Shown: positions 9,294 through 18,374 of the stretch, one piece after another
Layout of the letters: each line of letters begins with the position of its first letter
How positions within the stretch are numbered: position 1 is the first letter of the stretch
Source of the DNA: an uncultured delta proteobacterium
GTDB lineage: Bacteria > Desulfobacterota > RBG-13-43-22
Assembly: GCA_963802945.1 (NCBI GenBank)
Contig: CAWDKY010000029.1
Coordinates: 192,001-256,000, forward strand
DNA length: 64,000 nucleotides
Direction: 5' to 3'
The notes under the pieces: model-generated
The model's input: the letters and a program-made list of their open reading frames with translations, nothing else
What the model was told of the DNA's origin: nothing
The model's database searches: none
Position numbers and translations under genes: made by a program

Positions 9294-9698
9294 ATGATGA
9301 AAAATTTTGAAATTGAGCATATAGGAATCACAGTAGTGGAACCTATTGAAATGGCCAGATGGTATCAGGAAGTATTGGGATTCAATATCAGGTTTTCCGC
9401 TCAGGACGAAGAGAAGGGAGTGGCCTTTATCACGGATGGCAATAATAGGGTTATGCTTGAGTTTGGGAAAATTCCAGATGTCTCCCCTTTGGCTGACAGA
9501 ATCAACCACCACCTGCAATTGCATATTGCCTTTAAAAGTGAAGACCCAGATAAGGATGCCGAATATCTCGTCTCCAAGGGAGCTATATTTATTGAAAAAT
9601 GCCCCATTACCTTACCCGGAGAAAATCTGATAGTCTTGAGTGATCCGTGGGGCAACACCATTCAACTGGTAAAAAGAGCCGTAGCTTCTCTTGGGTAA
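9294..9698 (+). CDS. VOC/glyoxalase family protein
   Basis: IEHIGITV..WYQEVLGF..LHIAF..DPWGNTIQLV. Confidence 0.85.
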   Translation: MMKNFEIEHIGITVVEPIEMARWYQEVLGFNIRFSAQDEEKGVAFITDGNNRVMLEFGKIPDVSPLADRINHHLQLHIAFKSEDPDKDAEYLVSKGAIFIEKCPITLPGENLIVLSDPWGNTIQLVKRAVASLG

Positions 9699-9726
9699 AC
9701 CCCCAGCTTTGCCGGGGGATTCCCAA
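9691..9726. repeat. Hairpin resembling an IS200/IS605-type subterminal palindrome; may also act as a terminator
   Basis: TTGGGTAAACCCCCAGC-TTT-GCCGGGGGATTCCCAA; contains the VOC stop codon. Confidence 0.45.
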
Positions 9727-9813
9727 AGTTTGAATCCTAACTCTGGACCTTTTTATTCAGGAATTTAGGGACGTCCCCCGGTTTCGATTTGTGATTTGTA
9801 CTACTTGCACTAG

Positions 9814-10143
9814 TTACTCTTCAAACATTTCCCGAAGGACGGCGAGGACTTTATTCTGGGTAGGTTTGTCGATCCGGCCCAGCCTTTGTGAAAGCCGGAT
9901 CTTGTCCACCGTCCTGATCTGATCCAAGACCACTTGACCCTGCTTGCCCTGAAAGGTGCATGGGATACGCGTTGGATATTCCCGGCTCCTGGTGGTCATC
10001 GGAGCGATGATAACTGTGGAGATAAAACGATTCATTTCATCAGGGGAAATGATCAGACAAGGCCGAGCTTTTCGGATCTCACGGCCGACGGTCGGATCCA
10101 GGTTGACCAGAAAAACATCAAAACGTTTGACTACCATTCCCAT
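9814..10143 (-). CDS. mazF: MazF/PemK toxin
   Basis: RFDVFLVNLDPTVGREIRKARPCLIISPDEMN...LDQIRTVDK. Confidence 0.92.
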   Translation of the reverse strand: MGMVVKRFDVFLVNLDPTVGREIRKARPCLIISPDEMNRFISTVIIAPMTTRSREYPTRIPCTFQGKQGQVVLDQIRTVDKIRLSQRLGRIDKPTQNKVLAVLREMFEE

Positions 10144-10385
10144 TCACCCTGGTCGAATTGGTTTTTGATCGGTACGTCTCCATGGATCAACCTGTCCTCT
10201 TTGTTTTCGGCCATGAGCTTGAACTTCTGGTTCCATCCCTGACGGGAACGAGCAATGGGGTGAATCACGATTCTTTGATCTTTTACTTCCAATTCCACTT
10301 CTTTCCCAAGCCTGGTTTGCTCCAGGAGAACTTTCGGGATACGAATCCCCTGGGAATTCCCTATTTGGATGATGCTCGCTTTCAT
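10131..10385 (-). CDS. mazE: MazE/AbrB-type antitoxin
   Basis: IIQIGNSQGIRIPKVLL...RQGW...EWEW; overlaps mazF. Confidence 0.9.
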   Translation of the reverse strand: MKASIIQIGNSQGIRIPKVLLEQTRLGKEVELEVKDQRIVIHPIARSRQGWNQKFKLMAENKEDRLIHGDVPIKNQFDQGEWEW

Positions 10386-10410
10386 TAAAAAACCTCCATA
10401 CTTACTTTAA

Positions 10411-10452
10411 TCTAAGTAATTACATTGTAATTACTTAGAAACGTTTTGTCAA
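10411..10452 (-). promoter_or_regulatory. mazEF promoter with perfect 14-bp operator palindrome
   Basis: Minus-strand TTGACA (10452-10447), 17 bp, TACAAT (10429-10424); TCTAAGTAATTACA-T-TGTAATTACTTAGA at 10411-10439. Confidence 0.85.
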
Positions 10453-10682
10453 GACAATAAAATCAACTTGGTTTTTTCCCCAATTAGTTGGGAGAAAGGG
10501 GTCAGGAAATTAGGGACACTATGTGTAACATGGGGAACACCTTATAAGCGACTATTGTTTTAGCATTGCATTTTGTGTATATCATAAAGGGGGAAATGTG
10601 TTGATGTCCTAAAATATTATGTGGATCAAAAAGAATTAACGGGAATAAATTATTAACAGTTTGCGGAAAAATCCCTATTTTA

Positions 10683-10806
10683 CAGGTTGCTGAAAAAGGT
10701 CCAGATACAAGGCGCCAGAAATTCTGGGAATGAGGCATACATATAAGTACGTCGCAATGACGAAGAATGAGGGCAACGAAGTAGATGGGCCTTTTTCAGC
10801 AACCTG
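10683..10806. mobile_element. 124-bp MITE with terminal inverted repeats, flanked by TA/TA
   Basis: CAGGTTGCTGAAAAAGG ... CCTTTTTCAGCAACCTG (17-bp perfect TIR); no coding capacity. Confidence 0.8.
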
Positions 10807-10845
10807 TAAATCGGTTTATGAACTTATAAAAAAAGGAGAACATTA

Positions 10846-11640
10846 ATGAAACTGAGCGAGCTAACCGATGTGTTGTATGAAGTGGATCGCGGTCTGGCCT
10901 GGATCACCATTAACCGGCCGCATCGTTACAATTCCTTTACCAACCGGACCATTGACGAGTTGATCTGCTGTTTTAAGGCGGCCTGGGCCGATCCCAAAGT
11001 GGGCGTCCTCGCTTTTACGGGATCGGGTGACAAGGCCTTTTGTACGGGAGGAGATCAAAAGCAACGACAGGAGACCGGAAATTACGGGCCCATGGAAACC
11101 GGAGTATCGGAAATCGAATATTTCCATCGGCTCATTCGGGATGTGCCGAAGCCGGTTATTGCCGCGGTTAACGGCTATGCCATCGGCGGCGGGCAGGTAC
11201 TGCATGTCCTGTGCGATATCACGATTGCCGCTGACCATGCCCGTTTCGGCCAGACAGGCCCCCGGGTCGGGTCATTTGACGCGGGTTATGGCAGTGCTTA
11301 TCTGGCTCGAATCATCGGCGATAAAAGGGCCAAAGAGATTTGGTTCTGCTGCTGGCAGTACGATGCGGCCACGATGAAAGATTGGGGCCTGGTTAACCAA
11401 GTGGTGCCCTTGGCCGAATTAAAAGAAGAAGTGCGCCGCTGGGCCGATGAGATGCTGGACAAGAGCCCGACAGCGCTCCGAGCGCTCAAATGCTCCATCA
11501 ACGCGGACAGCGATTCCATAGCAGGGATCGGGGCCTTGTCCCATATCAACCTCGAGCTCTTTGTCAAAACAGATGAAGCCAAAGAGGGCCTTAATGCCTT
11601 TAATGAAAAACGTCCGCCGGTTTTTTCCCGGTTTCGTTGA
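10846..11640 (+). CDS. Crotonase of the MenB/BadI subfamily (naphthoate synthase or 2-ketocyclohexanecarboxyl-CoA hydrolase-like)
   Basis: AFCTGGDQK, GYAIGGG, FGQTGPRVGSFDAGYG motifs. Confidence 0.8.
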   Translation: MKLSELTDVLYEVDRGLAWITINRPHRYNSFTNRTIDELICCFKAAWADPKVGVLAFTGSGDKAFCTGGDQKQRQETGNYGPMETGVSEIEYFHRLIRDVPKPVIAAVNGYAIGGGQVLHVLCDITIAADHARFGQTGPRVGSFDAGYGSAYLARIIGDKRAKEIWFCCWQYDAATMKDWGLVNQVVPLAELKEEVRRWADEMLDKSPTALRALKCSINADSDSIAGIGALSHINLELFVKTDEAKEGLNAFNEKRPPVFSRFR

Positions 11641-11648
11641 TAACTAAT

Positions 11649-12419
11649 TTATTTGCCTTTAAACCGCGGTTCCCTTTTCTCAATAAAGGCATTGATGGCC
11701 TCTTGCCGGTCCTCGCTCAGTTCCTGGGGTACAACATAGTCCACATATTCTCTTTCCACTTTTCGTCCGGATCGTTCCGTCTGAGTGTAATATCCGTATT
11801 TCACCGACCGGACAAACATCGGTGGGACCTGCTTCAACAGGTTCGCCCATTTTTCGGCTTCATTCATAAGCTCGGCATCGGGTACGACATCGTTGACCAA
11901 GCCGAATCCCATAGCTCGCTTGGCGCTCATCAGGCGTCCGCCTTTCCAGGAGAGGAGCATGAATTCCAGGGCGATCTTGAAAGGCATATAGGGGGCATAT
12001 TGAGGCGGGATCTGGGCCACACCGACTTTGCCTTCTGGATAGCCGAAAAAGGCATTTTCGGAGGCAATGGTGATATCACAACCCGTCACTGAAATGATGT
12101 ACCCCAATCCGAGGGCATAGCCGCGGACGGCCCCGACGATCGGCTTGAAAAGGGCGGTGCCGTTTAATGGGTAGGCCTCATGGTATTCCCAGGGTTTTCC
12201 CATTTTCCGGTCTTCATCGGTCAGGTCGACCCCGACGGAAAAAGATTTTCCATTTCCGCTTAGGATAGCGACTTGGGCCGCATCATCTTTTTCAAAACGT
12301 TTCCAGGTGTCCCGCAGGGCAAAGCTCATTTCCAGGTTGAAGGCGTTTAATTTTTGGGGTCGATTGAGAGTGATGTAGGCGATATGGTTTTTGACTTTAT
12401 ACAAAACTGTGTCGGGCAT
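11649..12419 (-). CDS. Enoyl-CoA hydratase/isomerase family protein
   Basis: ITLNRPQKLNA, SFSVGVDL, KPIVGAVRGYALG, FIEKREPRFKG. Confidence 0.9.
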   Translation of the reverse strand: MPDTVLYKVKNHIAYITLNRPQKLNAFNLEMSFALRDTWKRFEKDDAAQVAILSGNGKSFSVGVDLTDEDRKMGKPWEYHEAYPLNGTALFKPIVGAVRGYALGLGYIISVTGCDITIASENAFFGYPEGKVGVAQIPPQYAPYMPFKIALEFMLLSWKGGRLMSAKRAMGFGLVNDVVPDAELMNEAEKWANLLKQVPPMFVRSVKYGYYTQTERSGRKVEREYVDYVVPQELSEDRQEAINAFIEKREPRFKGK

Positions 12420-12511
12420 GATGGATTCCTCCTTATTAAATCTTACATAAGATTATCTGAAAATTTATCTCTAACTTTTTATCATCTCGGAGTCAACAAG
12501 TCTTTCGGAGT

Positions 12512-12675
12512 GATGCTGGATACTGGATAACCCCAAAACCGATATTAGATACTTGATAACCTAAAAAACTGAGATTGGATACTGGATAAAGATGAATCTC
12601 TGTATCGATTATCAAGAATCCAACATCCAGTATCCAGAATCCAGTATCGGCCGTTTGATCGAGCATCCAGTATCT
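12512..12675. repeat. Heptamer (GATACTG / CAGTATC) inverted arrays; left arm arranged as three ~30-bp tandem units
   Basis: GATGCTGGATACTGGATAA-like units at 12512, 12541, 12571; ATCCAGTATCCAGAATCCAGTATC at about 12625-12648. Confidence 0.8.
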
Positions 12676-12747
12676 GCCGATGGGACTTTAGAAGCCATTT
12701 ATTGCCGATAGATCTGATTGAAAAAGAGAAATTTCGAATTTCTTTGG

Positions 12748-13608
12748 TTATTTTTTCCCGCTCAGGCCTGCTTTTTTCAGCCAGGGCAGAGAAAGTTCAA
12801 AATGTTTTTTGGCCACATTGGTCCTGGCAAAACCGCCTTCACTGGGCGGCGCCATGGTTCTATCCCGTGTGGCCGTCATAAGACAGAAATTATTGAAGGA
12901 CGATTCGACCTCGGCATTTAGACCCATGGTTTCTTCCATGTGATTGATGGAGAATTTACACAACCTGACCCAGTAAGGAATATCCAGGTAGTTTTCCGCT
13001 ACACGTTCGGCGTAGGCCATGGTCTCCTCTTCCAGTTTTTCAGGATCAAAAACCCGATTCACAAATCCATAGGTGTAAGCCTCCTGGGCGGTCATGAAGC
13101 GGTGTTCAAAAAGGATTTCCTTGGCCCGCCGCGGTCCTATGTCATAGGGTGCGGAAAAATACTCGACGAAGCCGGGCAGGAATTGGGCGTCCTCAGCAGC
13201 AAAAATAATGTCCATGGAGGCAGCCACCATCCATCCGCCGAAGATGCAGTATCCATGCACCATGGCTATGGTGGGTTTAGGCAGGTTCCGCCAGGCCAGA
13301 CAAAATTCGATGTACATTTTTCGCATGTCTTCAAACCAGGGAGTTAAACCCTGTTCGGCCCGGACGGCATATCCCTGCTGTCGTTTGTATTCTTTGTCTT
13401 CCTCGGTCCCGATGTCGTGCCCGGCCGAAAAAGCCCGGCCAAGGCCGGAAAGGACAATGGCCCCGCATTCCGGATCCTTGGCAGCGGTTTTGAGGGCCGA
13501 ATCAAGCTCTTCCAGTAAAAGGTAACTCTGGGCGTTAAGAAACCTGGGCCGATTGAGGATGATTCGAGCTACTTTGCCCGGCTGATAAATGACATGTTTA
13601 TACTCCAT
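12748..13608 (-). CDS. Enoyl-CoA hydratase/isomerase family protein
   Basis: LNRPRFLNAQ, AFSAGHDIGT, KPTIAMVHGYCIFGG; GGAGG RBS upstream of ATG 13608. Confidence 0.9.
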   Translation of the reverse strand: MEYKHVIYQPGKVARIILNRPRFLNAQSYLLLEELDSALKTAAKDPECGAIVLSGLGRAFSAGHDIGTEEDKEYKRQQGYAVRAEQGLTPWFEDMRKMYIEFCLAWRNLPKPTIAMVHGYCIFGGWMVAASMDIIFAAEDAQFLPGFVEYFSAPYDIGPRRAKEILFEHRFMTAQEAYTYGFVNRVFDPEKLEEETMAYAERVAENYLDIPYWVRLCKFSINHMEETMGLNAEVESSFNNFCLMTATRDRTMAPPSEGGFARTNVAKKHFELSLPWLKKAGLSGKK

Positions 13609-13773
13609 GCTTGTACCTCCTTTGTTTTTGAAAACCTGTTCTCTATTTAATCTCGTATCATCTAAAATAAATGATGTCAATCCATCGTATATTGCCCTTC
13701 CCTTTAATGGCGGCGAGCCTGTCGTCAAAAATCCTTGCTAAAAAATCGTTTTTTCTTTAAAATAAATAACCAT

Positions 13774-15123
13774 ATGGATTTTCCGGAAAAAGTTTATACC
13801 GTTACCCGACTGACCGAGGAGATTAAAGACCTGCTGGAAGAAGAATTTCCCTTCATCTGGCTGGAAGGGGAAATCTCTAATTTTCGGATTCCTCCCAGTG
13901 GGCATTGCTATTTTACCTTGAAGGATGCCTCCAGCCAGATCCGGGCGGTTTTTTTTAAATCCGGGCAGTCGGGCTTATCGTTCAGGCCCGACAACGGGCT
14001 TCAGGTGCTGTGTTTTGGCCGCCTGAGTGTATATGCCGGCCGGGGTGAGTACCAGATTATTATTGAAAGAATGGAATTGAAGGGTTGGGGGGCCCTTCAA
14101 CTGGCTTTTGAACAGTTAAAAGAAAGGTTATTTAAAGAAGGGTTGTTTGATCCGGAACGAAAGAAACCCCTGCCCCTTCTGCCCAGGCGGGTGGCCGTGG
14201 TTACCTCTCCGACCGGGGCCGTGATCCAGGATTTTTTAAGGATCCTGTATCGTCGCTTCCGCAATATTCAGGTCTCCATCTTTCCGGTTTTGGTACAGGG
14301 TGAGACCGCCTCTTTGGAAATTGAAGAGGCCATAAAATGTTTAAACCGGTCTTCTCTGGGGATCGAGGTAATTGTATTGGCCCGGGGTGGAGGTTCCCTT
14401 GAAGATCTTTGGCCTTTCAATGAAGAACGGGTGGCCCGGGCCATAGCGGCTTCTTCCATTCCGGTTATCTCGGCCGTCGGGCATGAAGTGGATTTCACCA
14501 TCGCCGATTTTGTAGCTGATCTGAGGGCCTCGACCCCTTCGGCGGCAGCCGAATTGTTGATCGAGCCGCAACGAGAATGGGAATCCAATATCAAGGATCT
14601 CCGGGATCGTCTGATTCAGCAGGTTTTTCAGAAAATAGATCCTTATAAAGAAACGTTATTCCATTTTCAGAAGCGGCTCGGAGATCCCCGCCGGCGTTTG
14701 GTTGACCTCACCCTTCGCCTGGATGATTATGGTGTCCGTCTTCGGCTGGCCCTTCGAGGGATCCTGGGAAAAAAGAAGGATGCCTTGGGTTGGAATCAGG
14801 AAAAATTGGCGATGAGGAACCCGCAGGATAAGATCTTGGCCGGGAGCAACAGTTTGGAAATCCAAAAATTGAAATTAAAAGGTTTGTTTTTGAGAAAACT
14901 GGAACAAGTGGAAACAGGTCTGAAGGCCCAGAATAAAACCCTTCAGGCCTTGAACCCCTGGGGAGTTCTGGATCGGGGTTATGCCCTGGTTCGGACCTTG
15001 CCGGAGTTAAGCTTGGTAAAAAAATGGGAGGACGCCCCTCCCGGGCATGAAATCCGGGTCTCTTTAGCCCACGGGGAATTGGATTGTTTGGTCGAACAGA
15101 CGCGGGAAAGGGCATCCAGGTAA
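13774..15123 (+). CDS. xseA: Exodeoxyribonuclease VII large subunit
   Basis: GEISNF..SGHCYFTLKD, RGGGSLEDLWPFNEE, SAVGHEVDFTIADFVADLRASTPSAAAE. Confidence 0.97.
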   Translation: MDFPEKVYTVTRLTEEIKDLLEEEFPFIWLEGEISNFRIPPSGHCYFTLKDASSQIRAVFFKSGQSGLSFRPDNGLQVLCFGRLSVYAGRGEYQIIIERMELKGWGALQLAFEQLKERLFKEGLFDPERKKPLPLLPRRVAVVTSPTGAVIQDFLRILYRRFRNIQVSIFPVLVQGETASLEIEEAIKCLNRSSLGIEVIVLARGGGSLEDLWPFNEERVARAIAASSIPVISAVGHEVDFTIADFVADLRASTPSAAAELLIEPQREWESNIKDLRDRLIQQVFQKIDPYKETLFHFQKRLGDPRRRLVDLTLRLDDYGVRLRLALRGILGKKKDALGWNQEKLAMRNPQDKILAGSNSLEIQKLKLKGLFLRKLEQVETGLKAQNKTLQALNPWGVLDRGYALVRTLPELSLVKKWEDAPPGHEIRVSLAHGELDCLVEQTRERASR

Positions 15124-15224
15124 TAGAAAGATTTGTTGGGACTTTCGGAAAAGCAAACCTAAAAAGGAGGCCCCCGGCGTCCCTGAAATGACAAGTTCAT
15201 TAATCATTAAGGAGGAACTTCCTT

Positions 15225-15470
15225 TTGTCAAAAGAACGAAAAGAACGATTTGAAGACACCTTTAAAAAATTGGAAACGATCGTCAATAAATTAGAAGGCG
15301 GTGATCTTCCCCTGGAAGAAACCATGAAACTGTTTGAGGAAGGGATGCGGCTTTCGCGCCTCTGTTCCGAGCGGCTGGCCGAGGTCCAAAAAAGAGTGGA
15401 GATTCTGCTTAAAACCGAGGGCGGGGAGTTAAAACCACAGCCCTTTTCTTTTGAAGAAGAGAAAGACTAA
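15225..15470 (+). CDS. xseB: Exodeoxyribonuclease VII small subunit
   Basis: FEDTFKKLETIVNKLEGGDLPLEETMKLFEEG; synteny. Confidence 0.95.
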   Translation: MSKERKERFEDTFKKLETIVNKLEGGDLPLEETMKLFEEGMRLSRLCSERLAEVQKRVEILLKTEGGELKPQPFSFEEEKD

Positions 15471-16368
15471 GTTGACCGATAGGTTGCAAAAAGAACTTAA
15501 AAAAATTCAGGGACTGGTTGATCGGGCACTCCTGACCTATTTTCCTCCTGCGGTTACAACTACCCGCCGGGTGCGAAAGGCCATGGAATATAGTTTATTC
15601 GCCGGAGGGAAACGGATCCGTCCGATTTTGTGTTTGAAGGCTTGCAAGGCCGTAGGGGGACGGATGATCAAGGCCCTTCCCGCAGCCTGTGCCTTGGAAT
15701 ATATTCATACCTATTCCTTGATTCATGATGACCTTCCGGCTTTGGACAATGATGATTATCGAAGAGGACGCCTCAGCTGCCATAAAAAATTTGATGAGGC
15801 CACAGCTATCCTGGCCGGAGATGCCCTGCTGACCGAGGCCTTTTCTTTGCTGACGCATAGAGAGGTCATGAAGAATGTCCCGGCCAAAATCCGAATCCAG
15901 GTGATCCGGGAGATTGCCGAAGCGGCCGGCATCCAGGGTATGGTGGCCGGGCAGGAGGCCGATCTGGAGGCCGAGAAAAAAAAGGTCTCTCTGACCTATT
16001 TGCAATATATCCATACCCACAAAACCGGGGCCTTGATCAAAGCCTCTCTGGTCTGTGGGGGCCTTATTGGAGAAGGCGCTGCTGAGGAAATCAAGGCCTT
16101 AAGAAAATTCGGGGAAAAGATCGGCTTAGTTTTTCAAATTAAGGATGATTTATTGAATGTGGAAGGGCAAGCCAAAGTCATGGGAAAAAGAACGGGCACG
16201 GATGAAAAAAAGGCCAAAGCCACGTATCCGATGCTGGTGGGACTGGAACAATCTAAATCCCTGGGAAAACAATTGCTGGATGAGGCCAATCAAACCATCC
16301 AATTTTTCGGGAAGAGGGGACAAGCTTTGATGCAAATTGGGAATTATATCCTTTCCCGGGATAGGTGA
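15451..16368 (+). CDS. ispA: Farnesyl/geranylgeranyl diphosphate synthase
   Basis: GGKRIRP, SLIHDDLPALDNDDYRRG, FQIKDDLL; start uncertain. Confidence 0.93.
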   Translation: MKKRKTKLTDRLQKELKKIQGLVDRALLTYFPPAVTTTRRVRKAMEYSLFAGGKRIRPILCLKACKAVGGRMIKALPAACALEYIHTYSLIHDDLPALDNDDYRRGRLSCHKKFDEATAILAGDALLTEAFSLLTHREVMKNVPAKIRIQVIREIAEAAGIQGMVAGQEADLEAEKKKVSLTYLQYIHTHKTGALIKASLVCGGLIGEGAAEEIKALRKFGEKIGLVFQIKDDLLNVEGQAKVMGKRTGTDEKKAKATYPMLVGLEQSKSLGKQLLDEANQTIQFFGKRGQALMQIGNYILSRDR

Positions 16369-16445
16369 GCTTGACCTAAACAAGATTGAATCTGTAAAAA
16401 AAGTTTTTCTTCATCCTGATCATAAATGAATTTTTCAAAGAATCA

Positions 16446-18374
16446 TTGACGATGAAAAAAGAAATTAAAATTAACACCGCTAAAAACCAGCACTATCTGT
16501 TAGACAGTATCCATGATCCAAAAGATCTGAAATCCTTATCCATGGCCCAACTGAAGCAGTTGGCAGAAGAGGTCAGGCAGCTGATCATTGAAACGGTTTC
16601 TAAAAATGGAGGCCATCTGGCCCCCAATCTGGGCGTGGTTGAATTAACCATTGCCCTCCATTATGTTTTCAAAAGCCCTGAAGACCAAATTATCTGGGAT
16701 GTGGGACATCAAGCCTATACCCATAAAATTTTAACTGGGAGGAAGGATCAGTTTCCGACGCTAAGAACCTTTGGAGGATTGAGCGGTTTTCCCAAACGGC
16801 AGGAAAGTCTCCATGACGTCTTTAATTCCGGCCACAGCGGGAATTCCATCTCGGTGGGATTGGGGATCAGCGCGGCTAAAGCATTAAAAAAGGAACCCTC
16901 CAAGATCATAGCCGTGATCGGTGATGGATCCATGACCGCTGGTGAGGCCTTTGAAGGATTGAACCAGGCCGGACATCTTGAAAAGGATCTTATTGTCGTT
17001 TTGAACGACAATGAAATGTCCATATCCAAGAATGTGGGGGCCCTTTCCTCTTTTTTGAGTAAACGATTGACCCGTAAGGGCTTTGTGCAGTTCAAAAAAG
17101 AAATGGAGTCCATTTTAAAATCCATTCCCGGCATTGGAGAGAATTTAATCCAGTTGGCCAAAAAAAGTGAGGATTCCTTCACCGGTTTTTTTACCCCAGG
17201 GATGCTTTTTTCCGCCTTGCATTTTGATTATGTCGGACCGGTGAAAGGCCATCAACTGGAGGATCTGATCACCACTTTTGAAAATATCCGTCATATCCAA
17301 GCCCCGGTCCTGGTGCATGTTTTGACCACGAAAGGCAAAGGGTATCCGCCGGCGGAAAAAAACCCCAGCTATTTTCACGGCGTCGGTCCTTTTAACCTGG
17401 AGGCCGATGATCCAACGCTGAAGAAACCTTCTGAAGTTCTCACGTATACTGAAGTGTTCGGTAAAACCATGCTGGCCCTGGCGGAAAACGATCCGAGGAT
17501 AGTAGCCATTTCCGCGGCTATGCCGGAAGGAACCGGATTAAACCTCTTTGCTCAACGATTTCCGCAACGTTTTTTTGATGTGGGAATCGCCGAGCAGCAT
17601 GGCGTTACGTTTGCCTCCGGTCTGGCCTTAGAGGGTCTAAAACCTGTGGTAGCCATTTATTCGACCTTTATCCAAAGGGCCTATGATCAGTTGATGCAGG
17701 ATGTTTGTCTGCCGAATGTCCCGGTCATCTTTGCTTTGGATCGTGCCGGGATTGTCGGTGAGGACGGGCCGACCCATCAAGGTCTTTTTGACCTGTCGTT
17801 TTTGCGATCCATACCCAATCTGGTGGTCATGGCCCCAAAAGACGAAAGAGAATTGAGGGATATGCTCTATTCGGCCCTGAAATATAACCGGCCGGTAGCC
17901 ATCCGCTACCCCAGGGGGGCCGGAGTTGGGGTGCCTTTAGATGGAGAAGCCCAGGCGATTTCTTTGGGGAAATGGGAGACTCTCAGGGAGGGGGAAGACC
18001 TGGCTGTCCTGGCTATCGGGAATACCGTTTATCCGGCCATGGAAGCGGCCGAACAATTGACTTTCAAGGGAAAATCGGCCACGGTGATCAATGCCCGATT
18101 TTTAAAACCTATGGACGAAGGGCTTTTGGCCGAGACAGCCGGAAAATTTTCCACCATCATCACTGTGGAAGAGAACGTAACCCAGGGAGGATTCGGCAGT
18201 GCAGTCATGGAGAAACTTCATCAAATACAGGCCGAGGGGATACGGGTCCGCTCGTTGGGTATTCCCGATTGTTTCGTGGAACAAGGTCCTCCGAAAAAAA
18301 TAAGAAATTTATATAACCTGGATGCTGAAGGGATTTTCAGGGTTATGATGGAAGAGCTTCATGGGACTGAATAA
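16446..18374 (+). CDS. dxs: 1-deoxy-D-xylulose-5-phosphate synthase
   Basis: GGHLAPNLGVVEL, WDVGHQAY, GDGSMTAG, DVGIAEQH, GEDGPTHQG. Confidence 0.97.
   Translation: MTMKKEIKINTAKNQHYLLDSIHDPKDLKSLSMAQLKQLAEEVRQLIIETVSKNGGHLAPNLGVVELTIALHYVFKSPEDQIIWDVGHQAYTHKILTGRKDQFPTLRTFGGLSGFPKRQESLHDVFNSGHSGNSISVGLGISAAKALKKEPSKIIAVIGDGSMTAGEAFEGLNQAGHLEKDLIVVLNDNEMSISKNVGALSSFLSKRLTRKGFVQFKKEMESILKSIPGIGENLIQLAKKSEDSFTGFFTPGMLFSALHFDYVGPVKGHQLEDLITTFENIRHIQAPVLVHVLTTKGKGYPPAEKNPSYFHGVGPFNLEADDPTLKKPSEVLTYTEVFGKTMLALAENDPRIVAISAAMPEGTGLNLFAQRFPQRFFDVGIAEQHGVTFASGLALEGLKPVVAIYSTFIQRAYDQLMQDVCLPNVPVIFALDRAGIVGEDGPTHQGLFDLSFLRSIPNLVVMAPKDERELRDMLYSALKYNRPVAIRYPRGAGVGVPLDGEAQAISLGKWETLREGEDLAVLAIGNTVYPAMEAAEQLTFKGKSATVINARFLKPMDEGLLAETAGKFSTIITVEENVTQGGFGSAVMEKLHQIQAEGIRVRSLGIPDCFVEQGPPKKIRNLYNLDAEGIFRVMMEELHGTE

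Noticed and set aside
12512-12675. CRISPR array
   Set aside because: The units are degenerate 7-mers in ~30-bp tandem blocks with no unique spacers; no cas genes.
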